Source: Flavobacteriaceae bacterium
GTDB taxonomy: Bacteria > Bacteroidota > Bacteroidia > Flavobacteriales > Flavobacteriaceae
Assembly: GCA_022565635.1 (NCBI GenBank)
Contig: JAIUMH010000001.1
Span: 2,428 to 66,427, forward strand
Reading direction: 5' to 3'
DNA length: 64,000 nucleotides
Position 1 is the stretch's first letter; each line of letters starts with the position of its first letter. The notes beneath the pieces are model-generated. The model was not told the DNA's origin and made no database searches. It saw only the letters and a program-made list of their open reading frames with translations. The translations under genes and the position numbers were made by a program. Of the stretch, positions 56,571 through 64,000 are shown one piece after another.

Positions 56571-58682
56571 TTACGCGTTTGTTTCTCCTTTCGCCGCAGC
56601 GATTACTGTTTCTGAAATATTGCTAGGAGTTTCTTCATAATGTGAAAACTCCATAGTTGATGTTGCTCTACCTGAAGACAATGTTCTCAATGTAGTTACA
56701 TAACCGAACATTTCCGACAAGGGTACAATAGCCTTAACTACCTTTGCACCTGAACGATCTGACATATCGTTTACCTGTCCTCTTCTTCGGTTCAAGTCAC
56801 CTACTATATCACCCATGTTTTCTTCTGGGGTCACAACTTCTACCTTCATCATTGGTTCTAATACAACTGCTCCTGCTTTTTTAGCAGCAGATTTAAAACC
56901 TAATTTGGCAGCAAGTTCAAATGACAACTGATCTGAATCTACAGGGTGGAATGATCCATCCTTAAGCGTTACTTTTAGCGTATCCATCGTGAAACCAGCT
57001 AATGGTCCAACTTTCATAGCAGCTTCAAAACCAGCTTTTACAGAAGGAACGAATTCTTTTGGTATTCTACCTCCCTTAATTTGATCTATAAATTGTAAAC
57101 CTGTTTCTTCAAAATCTTCATCTACAGGACCCATTTCAAAAACAATATCAGCAAATTTACCACGACCACCAGTCTGCTTTTTATAAGTTTCACGGTGCTC
57201 TGCGTTACGCTTCAATGTTTCTTTATACTCAACTTGTGGCTCACCAACATTTACCTCTACCTTAAATTCACGCTTCATACGATCAATTAAGATATCTAAA
57301 TGCAACTCACCCATACCCGATATTACTGTTTGACCAGAAGCTTCATCTGTTTTAACAACAAAAGTAGGATCTTCTTCAGCTAATTTGGCTAAAGCTGTAC
57401 CCATTTTTTCAACATCTGCTTTGGTTTTAGGCTCAACTGCAATACCAATTACTGGATCAGGGAAAGACATAGACTCCAATACAATTGGGTTATTCATGTC
57501 GGTTAACGTATCTCCAGTTTTAATATCTTTAAATCCAACTGCAGCACCAATATCACCAGCTTCAATTTTATCAATAGGTTGCTGTTTATTAGAGTGCATT
57601 TGGTACATTCTAGAAATACGTTCCTTTTTACCTGAACGATTGTTCAAGACATAAGACCCAGCGTCTAATGTCCCTGAATAAACTCTAAAGAAAGCTAAAC
57701 GACCAACAAAAGGATCGGTAGCAATTTTAAAAGCTAAAGCAGAAAACGGAGAATCAACATTTGGTTTTCTAGACTCAACTTCACCTGTTGAAGGATTTTC
57801 ACCTTCAATAGCTTCAACGTCTACAGGTGATGGTAAAAATCTCATTACCGCATCAAGCATTGCTTGTACACCTTTATTTTTAAACGCAGACCCACACATC
57901 ATTGGGATAATAGACATATCAATAGTTGCTGCACGTAAAGCCGCAATAATTTCGTCTTCAGTAATAGAATCTTCGTCTTCAAAGAATTTTTCCATTAATT
58001 CCTCGTCATACTCAGCAACTGCTTCCACAAGCTCAGTTCTATACTTTCTTACGTCGTCTTCAAGTTCTGCAGGGATATCAATAACTTCATAAGTCATCCC
58101 CATATCTTCTTCATTCCAAACAATAGCTGTTTTAGAAATCAAATCAACTACTCCTTTAAAATCGATTTCATCACCAATTGGCACTTGTAAAGGTACAGGA
58201 TTCCCTCCTAACATTTCTCTAACTTGCTTACACACATTAAAGAAATTAGCCCCCTGACGGTCCATTTTGTTAACAAAACCAAGACGAGGCACCTTATATT
58301 TATCAGCTTGTCTCCAAACCGTTTCTGATTGTGGCTCAACACCATCAACCGCACTAAACAAAGCAACAACACCGTCTAAAACACGAAGTGAACGCTCTAC
58401 TTCAACTGTAAAATCAACGTGACCAGGAGTATCAATAATGTTCACCGTATACTCTTGATCTCTATACATCCACTTACAGTGAGTAGCTGCAGAAGTAATA
58501 GTAATACCTCTTTCTTGCTCCTGCTCCATCCAATCCATAGTAGCAGCACCATCATGAACTTCACCTATCTTATGACTTACACCTGTGTAATAAAGGATAC
58601 GCTCTGTAGTTGTAGTTTTACCTGCATCAATATGCGCAGCAATACCTATATTTCTTGTAAATTTTAAATCTCTTTGTGCCAT
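56571..58682 (-). CDS. fusA: Elongation factor G
   Basis: It has the GTPase motifs [17 protein letters not shown] and NKMD, with the five-domain length of 703 aa. Confidence 0.99.
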   Translation of the reverse strand: MAQRDLKFTRNIGIAAHIDAGKTTTTERILYYTGVSHKIGEVHDGAATMDWMEQEQERGITITSAATHCKWMYRDQEYTVNIIDTPGHVDFTVEVERSLRVLDGVVALFSAVDGVEPQSETVWRQADKYKVPRLGFVNKMDRQGANFFNVCKQVREMLGGNPVPLQVPIGDEIDFKGVVDLISKTAIVWNEEDMGMTYEVIDIPAELEDDVRKYRTELVEAVAEYDEELMEKFFEDEDSITEDEIIAALRAATIDMSIIPMMCGSAFKNKGVQAMLDAVMRFLPSPVDVEAIEGENPSTGEVESRKPNVDSPFSALAFKIATDPFVGRLAFFRVYSGTLDAGSYVLNNRSGKKERISRMYQMHSNKQQPIDKIEAGDIGAAVGFKDIKTGDTLTDMNNPIVLESMSFPDPVIGIAVEPKTKADVEKMGTALAKLAEEDPTFVVKTDEASGQTVISGMGELHLDILIDRMKREFKVEVNVGEPQVEYKETLKRNAEHRETYKKQTGGRGKFADIVFEMGPVDEDFEETGLQFIDQIKGGRIPKEFVPSVKAGFEAAMKVGPLAGFTMDTLKVTLKDGSFHPVDSDQLSFELAAKLGFKSAAKKAGAVVLEPMMKVEVVTPEENMGDIVGDLNRRRGQVNDMSDRSGAKVVKAIVPLSEMFGYVTTLRTLSSGRATSTMEFSHYEETPSNISETVIAAAKGETNA

Positions 58683-58687
58683 CTATC

Positions 58688-59164
58688 TTAGAATCTAAAG
58701 TGTGAAAATGCTTTATTAGCTTCAGCCATACGGTGTGTATCCACACGCTTCTTAACAGCTGCGCCTTCTTCTTTGGCTGCCGCTAAAACTTCAGCAGCTA
58801 ATTTTGCAGCCATTGATTTTTCATTTCTCTTTCTAGAGAAACTAATCAACCACTTCATAGCTGTAGAGATCTTTCTATCCGGACGGATAGGCGTAGGAAT
58901 TTGGAAAGTAGCCCCTCCAACTCTTCTACTTCTCACTTCTACGTGAGGCATCACATTAGAAAGTCCTTCTTTCCAGATTTCTAATGCAGATTTTTCTTCA
59001 TCTTGTTTTTTCTCCTCTACAATATCCATTGCATCATAGAAGATTTTAAAAGCAATAGACTTCTTACCATCCCACATCAACATATTCACGAAACGTGTAA
59101 CTAATTGATCATTGAATTTTGGGTCTGGAAGTATAGGTCTTGCTTTTGCCTGTCTTTTTCTCAT
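58688..59164 (-). CDS. rpsG: 30S ribosomal protein S7
   Basis: It begins [17 protein letters not shown] and contains [16 protein letters not shown]. Confidence 0.98.
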   Translation of the reverse strand: MRKRQAKARPILPDPKFNDQLVTRFVNMLMWDGKKSIAFKIFYDAMDIVEEKKQDEEKSALEIWKEGLSNVMPHVEVRSRRVGGATFQIPTPIRPDRKISTAMKWLISFSRKRNEKSMAAKLAAEVLAAAKEEGAAVKKRVDTHRMAEANKAFSHFRF

Positions 59165-59187
59165 GTCTTTACTTTAACGTATTCAAC

Positions 59188-59562
59188 TTATTTTTTTGGA
59201 CGTTTAGCACCGTACTTACTTCTACGTTGCAATCTACCTTCTACCCCAGCTGTATCTAAAGCACCTCTAACAATGTGGTACCTTACACCCGGTAAGTCTT
59301 TTACTCTCCCGCCTCTAACTAATACTATCGAGTGCTCTTGAAGATTATGTCCTTCCCCTGGAATGTATGCGTTCACTTCTTTACCATTGGTTAACCTTAC
59401 ACGAGCAACTTTACGCATCGCTGAGTTAGGTTTTTTTGGTGTAGTAGTGTAAACACGCGTACAAACTCCACGTCTCTGAGGACAAGAATCCAAAGCAGCC
59501 GATTTACTCTTCTTAGTTATCGTACGTCTTCCTTTTCTAACTAATTGTGAAATTGTTGGCAT
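59188..59562 (-). CDS. rpsL: 30S ribosomal protein S12
   Basis: It begins [12 protein letters not shown] and contains [16 protein letters not shown]. Confidence 0.99.
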   Translation of the reverse strand: MPTISQLVRKGRRTITKKSKSAALDSCPQRRGVCTRVYTTTPKKPNSAMRKVARVRLTNGKEVNAYIPGEGHNLQEHSIVLVRGGRVKDLPGVRYHIVRGALDTAGVEGRLQRRSKYGAKRPKK

Positions 59563-59608
59563 ATTATTCTACAAATATTAATTTAATAACCCTAATTTTT
59601 AGGAGTTG

Positions 59609-59616
59609 CAAAAGTA
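59609..59616 (-). promoter_or_regulatory. -7 box (minus strand) for the rpsL-led ribosomal operon
   Basis: Plus-strand caaaagta corresponds to minus-strand TACTTTTG, 46 nt upstream of the rpsL ATG. Confidence 0.45.
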
Positions 59617-59768
59617 GTAATTAATTTTAAACAAGCAAATTATAAATAATTTATTTTCTGAAAGTTAATACCCTCTCTTACATAAACAAAAAAATAAGCA
59701 ACAATTCAACGCATAAATAAATCAGATCAACAAAATCAAAAACACTAAAAAGCAAGATCAAAAATGCA

Positions 59769-59776
59769 TAAATTTG
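59769..59776 (+). promoter_or_regulatory. -7 box for the Omp85-like gene
   Basis: TAAATTTG lies upstream of the ATG at 59854. The ORF-track start at 59824 is TTG. Confidence 0.4.
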
Positions 59777-59853
59777 CAAGAAACATAACAAAAAGCTAAC
59801 TAAAAAGTTATAAATAAAGTAAATTGAAGCACTTCTTAAAGAGAACAAAAAGA

Positions 59854-61530
59854 ATGAAATTACAATTCGGCCTCTTATTGATTATGATTATTACCGGTTT
59901 TCATTATACAAATGGACAAGAAATAGAGGTTGAATATATAATTTTAGACAGCATAAACAATAAGGAAAGAAATTTCAGTTCAAAGTTTAACAGCATCAAA
60001 GAAGCAGAAGAATTCAAAACAAATAAAATTGAAGACTTTGTCCAAAAAGGCTACCTCAATTTGGAACTAGAAAAAGCATCACACAACTCCACCCAGACCA
60101 CCTACCACCTCAGATTAAACACAAAGACAGATAGTATTAAAATTAGCATTTCAACAAAAGACAAAGCCATTTTAAACCACCCACAAAAAAACAGTGAATT
60201 CATAGAAATAAAATTCGAAGAATGGGAAGACACACAAAAACAAATCATTAATTCACTCAAATTAAATGGGTACGACTTTGCTAAGGTAAAATATAGTCCA
60301 TTAAAAATAGAAGGAAACATACTTTACGCAAAATTAGTTCTAGAGGTCAACCAACTAAAGAAGTTTAACGATTTATATATTAGAGGGTATGATGAATTCC
60401 CTGAAGGTTTCAAAAAAAACTTCATCAGAATAAAAAAAGGTGAAGTTTATACTGAAAGAAAATTAAAACAAAAAACAAAAGCCATACAAAACATAGATTT
60501 TGTAACCGAAATTAAAAACCCAGAAGTTCAATTTACCAAGGACTCTGTAAATGTATTCCTCTATTTAGAAAAAAACAAAATCAACTCCTTTGATGGTTTT
60601 ATTGGATTTAATAACGACGATGAAGGATCTGGATTGAATTTAAATGGATACTTAGACGCTGTACTTAAAAACAATCTCAACTTTGGCGAAACGCTGATTA
60701 TTAGATATAAAAACGACGGACAAGAACAACAGATATTCAAAAGCCGTTTATCTTTACCTTTTATATTCAATACAAGACTAACCCCAGAACTAGGCATTGA
60801 ACTCTTTAGACAAGATTCAACCTTTGCAAGAAGCACACAAGAAATTAGACTAGGATACCATATCAACTATCAGTGGGAAGTATTTGGCGATATTGAATTC
60901 AATAACTCAAGTAATTTATTAACTGAAGGCAATAGCTCGAATGAATTATATCCAATAAATGATTTTAATGCTCAATTTTACGGAGTAACAACACGATTTA
61001 ATAACAGAAAAAGAAACATAGGAAAAATCATCAATCAAGATTTTGCAGAAGTAAGAATACTTCAAGGAAACAGAAAAACAAGCAACGAAAGCGAACAGCA
61101 AACCAAAATAGAATTCTATGGAGAAACCCTTCAAAAAATAACCACTAAGACTTACATTCATCTTGCTTCCACTATTCAAGCGTTAGATTCAAAAAAATAT
61201 GTGGACAATGAGTTATTTAGGTTAGGTGGATTAAGAAGTATGCGTGGTTTTGATGAAAATAGCATTATAGCTTCTTCATTTTACAGCTTGCAAACCGAAT
61301 TCAGGTACTTTTTAAGCTCAGAATTGTATGCAAATACGGTTTTAGACTATGGATACTACCAAAATAAGCTAGTTCGTATAGACGAGAATCTTTTGAGTTT
61401 TGGGTTTGGAATTGGTCTGAATACCAAAGGTGGATTATTGCGTTTAATCTTTGCCAATGGCAGGTCTAGCCAACAAGAATTCAATTTTCAGAACACTCAA
61501 GTTCACCTCAGTTTGAACACATTTTTTTAA
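59854..61530 (+). CDS. Omp85-superfamily (ShlB/BamA-like) outer-membrane beta-barrel protein, function unknown
   Basis: It has a signal peptide (MKLQFGLLLIMIITGF..NGQ) and POTRA-like alpha/beta repeats. It also has the barrel blocks NLNFGETLIIRYKN and LFRLGGLRSMRGFDENS, which resemble Omp85/ShlB family motifs, and a terminal Phe. Confidence 0.55.
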   Translation: MKLQFGLLLIMIITGFHYTNGQEIEVEYIILDSINNKERNFSSKFNSIKEAEEFKTNKIEDFVQKGYLNLELEKASHNSTQTTYHLRLNTKTDSIKISISTKDKAILNHPQKNSEFIEIKFEEWEDTQKQIINSLKLNGYDFAKVKYSPLKIEGNILYAKLVLEVNQLKKFNDLYIRGYDEFPEGFKKNFIRIKKGEVYTERKLKQKTKAIQNIDFVTEIKNPEVQFTKDSVNVFLYLEKNKINSFDGFIGFNNDDEGSGLNLNGYLDAVLKNNLNFGETLIIRYKNDGQEQQIFKSRLSLPFIFNTRLTPELGIELFRQDSTFARSTQEIRLGYHINYQWEVFGDIEFNNSSNLLTEGNSSNELYPINDFNAQFYGVTTRFNNRKRNIGKIINQDFAEVRILQGNRKTSNESEQQTKIEFYGETLQKITTKTYIHLASTIQALDSKKYVDNELFRLGGLRSMRGFDENSIIASSFYSLQTEFRYFLSSELYANTVLDYGYYQNKLVRIDENLLSFGFGIGLNTKGGLLRLIFANGRSSQQEFNFQNTQVHLSLNTFF

Positions 61531-61607
61531 TGTTAAAATAAAGTTTAACTAAAGTTTTAACACATTAAAATGAAATTAGATTAGAAAAAAGTTGTGTAAT
61601 TAACTTT

Positions 61608-61615
61608 TAATTTTG
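61608..61615 (+). promoter_or_regulatory. -7 box for the SusC/RagA-type gene
   Basis: TAATTTTG lies 36 nt upstream of the ATG at 61652. Confidence 0.4.
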
Positions 61616-61651
61616 ATTTTTGGCGTTGGCTAATTCAAATAAATAAACAAA

Positions 61652-64000
61652 ATGAGAACAAAGTTTAGTGGAATTTTTACACTAGTATTAGTGTTCATTG
61701 TGCAAATGACATTTGCACAAGAAAAAACAGTCAGCGGTACTGTATCTGATGACAATGGTGTTCCTCTTCCAGGGGTAGATGTTGTGGTAAAAGGAGAAAA
61801 CCGCGGGACACAGACGGATTTTGATGGTATGTTTACCATTGAATTAACAGCACAAGACGTGTTGGTATTTAAATACATGGGCTTCGCGGACCAAGAAGTC
61901 CCCGTAGGGAATCAAACAACGCTTAATGTAACTTTGCAAAATGTCACAGAATTACTTGATGATGTTGTAGTTGAAGCTTATCGTACGGTAAGTAAGAAAA
62001 CTTCAAACATTGCGCAAAGCACAGTAACGTCCAAAACAATTAAAGGGCGTCCTAACGTAAACTTTTTACAGACTTTACAAGGGCAAGTACCAGGTTTAAA
62101 TATTACTACTGGTTCTGGACAGCCGGGTGCTGGAAGTAATGTGTTGCTTCGTGGACTTAACTCGCTTAACGGAGCTACGGAGCCTTTGTATGTAATTGAC
62201 GGTATGCCACAAAACTCTAACGTGTTTAGAAGTTTGAACCCAAACGAAATTGAAAACGTTTCTGTCCTTAAAGATGCAGCGGCGGCGGCAATCTATGGTA
62301 ACAGAGGTGCAAACGGTGTAATTGTTGTAACTACAAGAAGAGGTGGTTTTGAGCAGGCTTTAGAAGTGAATTACATAGGTACCTATGGATTTAACCAGCT
62401 ACAGAGAAACGATTACAATATGCTTAGTGCACGAGGTATTCTAGGATTGGAAAACAGCTTCGGAAATGGTTTCGGTGCTGGTCTGACACAACAGGAAATT
62501 GACGAATTTGGCATAAACACTAACTGGAGAGACCAATTTTTTAGAAGAGGCGCTACCCAAGACCATACAATTACTTTGTCACAAGGTGGTAAGTATTTAA
62601 CGTCCTTTACTTCTATAGGTTTTGCTAAGCAGGATGGTATTCTTGAAAACTCAGATCTTCACAGATTCTCTTTCAGAAACAACTTAAACGGGAAATCTGC
62701 AGACGGCAAGTTTGAATATGGCACAAATGTAACCATTAACTATTCACAAAGAAATGAAATGAACAGTGCAGGAACTGCAGGTGTAAACCAGAATTACGTA
62801 CTAGGAGCCAACAATTCTTTGCCTTATGTAAGCCCAGACCAATATGTAGATAGTGAGACATTAGTAAATGATTACAATGCTGATGGTACGCTAAGGTTAA
62901 CACCATTGTTCTTAATGGATAAAATGAGAACTTTTAGAGACCGTACAGATGAAATTAAAATGATAGCTGGTACAAATGCGAAGTATAAACTTACTGAGGA
63001 TTTATCTATACGCACAAATATGAGTTTTGATTATTTACAAACAAACCGAAATGTATTTCAAAGTGCAAACTCATTTAACTCTTTCTTATTTTTAGAACAA
63101 GGACAAGAGTTTGGAGGATTTGAAACCAACCAGCACGCAAGACAGCTGCTTATAAACAACACAACTGAGTTAAGGTACCAAAAAACTTTTAACGAAGACC
63201 ACACCTTTCAAGCTTCTTTGTTCACAGAATACTTTAAAGGTCATTCAAGAGGCATGAACTTTACCCAAAATGGTTTAAATCCAATTTCTGAATCTGGATG
63301 GGGTACAGGATACATTCCTTATGACCCAAGCAACGATTTTTATGTACCAAGCGTAAGTGCATTTCATACTGATGTAGGATTGTTTTCTTACTTTGGATTT
63401 GTGGATTATGACTACAAAAGAAAGTATGGTGTATCTGCAACACTAAGAAGAGATGCAGCCTCAAGATTTAATGAATCTAACAGATGGGGAACATTTGGAT
63501 CTGTAAGTGCAAGATGGAATATTGATGAAGAAGATTTTATGGACAACAGTATTTTTGACAACTTAAAACTTAGAGCTTCTTGGGGGGTTACCGGAAACCA
63601 ATTAATATCTGGCCCCTCAATGTTTAGTGGTGTATTATTGCAACAAGACACCTATGGAGTACGAGGTGGTTATGCTGGAGCGCCTGGTTTCGGTTTAACA
63701 GGATTAGGAAACGGAGCTTTATCTTGGGAAAGAGGCTACCAGTCTAATATAGGTGTTGATTTTGGATTACTCGAAAATAGAGTACGCGGTGCTTTTGAAG
63801 TATATTCAGGAGAAACAAGAGGGCTTTATCAACCAGTTTTATTATCTGCGATTAATGGTATTACAAGTATAAGCGCTAACCAAGGAAGTATGACTAATAA
63901 AGGGGTTGAGTTGCAAGTTTTTTATGACTTGATAAGAGACAGACAAAACGACTTTACGGTTACCTTAGGCTTCAATGGTTCATATAATGACAATACTATA
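61652..64000 (+). CDS. SusC/RagA-family TonB-linked outer-membrane protein. Partial: it continues past the window end.
   Basis: The plus-strand frame is open from the ATG at 61652 to position 64000, so it is not in the ORF track. My translation begins MRTKFSGIFTLVLVFIVQMTFAQEKTVSGTVSDDNGVPLPGVDVVVKGENRGTQTDFDGMF (CarbopepD_reg domain). Plug motifs follow: GQVPGLNITTGSGQPGAGSNVLLRGLNSLNG and AAAIYGNRGANGVIVVTTRRG. Confidence 0.9.
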   Translation, partial: MRTKFSGIFTLVLVFIVQMTFAQEKTVSGTVSDDNGVPLPGVDVVVKGENRGTQTDFDGMFTIELTAQDVLVFKYMGFADQEVPVGNQTTLNVTLQNVTELLDDVVVEAYRTVSKKTSNIAQSTVTSKTIKGRPNVNFLQTLQGQVPGLNITTGSGQPGAGSNVLLRGLNSLNGATEPLYVIDGMPQNSNVFRSLNPNEIENVSVLKDAAAAAIYGNRGANGVIVVTTRRGGFEQALEVNYIGTYGFNQLQRNDYNMLSARGILGLENSFGNGFGAGLTQQEIDEFGINTNWRDQFFRRGATQDHTITLSQGGKYLTSFTSIGFAKQDGILENSDLHRFSFRNNLNGKSADGKFEYGTNVTINYSQRNEMNSAGTAGVNQNYVLGANNSLPYVSPDQYVDSETLVNDYNADGTLRLTPLFLMDKMRTFRDRTDEIKMIAGTNAKYKLTEDLSIRTNMSFDYLQTNRNVFQSANSFNSFLFLEQGQEFGGFETNQHARQLLINNTTELRYQKTFNEDHTFQASLFTEYFKGHSRGMNFTQNGLNPISESGWGTGYIPYDPSNDFYVPSVSAFHTDVGLFSYFGFVDYDYKRKYGVSATLRRDAASRFNESNRWGTFGSVSARWNIDEEDFMDNSIFDNLKLRASWGVTGNQLISGPSMFSGVLLQQDTYGVRGGYAGAPGFGLTGLGNGALSWERGYQSNIGVDFGLLENRVRGAFEVYSGETRGLYQPVLLSAINGITSISANQGSMTNKGVELQVFYDLIRDRQNDFTVTLGFNGSYNDNTI

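Noticed and set aside
7448-59824. Non-ATG (GTG/TTG) starts used by the ORF track at 5081, 6040, 7448, 16518, 16637, 27137, 29869, 38721 and 59824, plus the first ATG at 21845
   Set aside because: In each case an in-frame ATG slightly downstream gives a canonical N-terminus or signal peptide. In six cases (7448, 16518, 16637, 21845, 29869, 59824) a TAnnTTTG -7 box overlaps, lies downstream of, or comes too close to the track start. I kept the non-ATG starts only at 13019 (GTG) and 17921 (TTG), where no alternative exists.
59620-59853. Extremely A-rich, G-poor tract upstream of the Omp85-like gene, as a candidate ncRNA
   Set aside because: It has no stable secondary structure or terminator. 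The composition matches the unstructured A-rich 5' leaders and promoter regions typical of Bacteroidota.
61630-63651. Three minus-strand ORFs (67-82 aa) near the right edge
   Set aside because: All are antisense to the open-ended SusC/RagA gene (61652 onward), which has clear family motifs.

Overview
This is a low-GC chromosomal segment of Bacteroidota / Flavobacteriia type. The supporting signs are T9SS C-terminal sorting domains, a SusC-type receptor, TAnnTTTG -7 promoter boxes, no Shine-Dalgarno sequences, and the typical DUF gene set. About 68 protein genes are supported and the window is mostly housekeeping. The largest block is the complete str-S10-spc-alpha ribosomal supercluster on the minus strand (42.7-59.6 kb, rpsL to rplQ, including a 38-aa rpmJ missing from the ORF track). 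Next to it lie carA, eno and gltA. Further left are ffh, ilvE, lysA, a fused ResB-CcsA cytochrome c biogenesis gene and a kdsC/UbiA/maf block. Open-ended genes at both window edges are also missing from the ORF track: an AGCS symporter (1-1784, minus) and a SusC/RagA receptor (61652-64000, plus). I found no rRNA, tRNA, CRISPR array, transposase or integrase. Three regions stand out. (1) A TolC-adaptor-RND efflux operon (31.1-37.5 kb) has visibly higher GC than its flanks, and its intergenic spacers are filled with nested palindromic repeats, including a 463-bp array with two 90-bp copies that are 87/90 identical. (2) A divergent cluster at 19.5-25.0 kb encodes three different exported CxxC thioredoxin-fold proteins: a periplasmic TlpA type, a T9SS-secreted redoxin and an Omp28-like lipoprotein. 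The same cluster also encodes an outer-membrane barrel whose only two cysteines form a CVGGVC motif. I flag this as a candidate envelope or surface thiol-redox module. (3) A translationally coupled DUF2851-PspC-RCK channel triplet contains a channel with a non-canonical TVGYK pore. All family assignments come from motifs I recognise in the translations. No searches or structure predictions were run.
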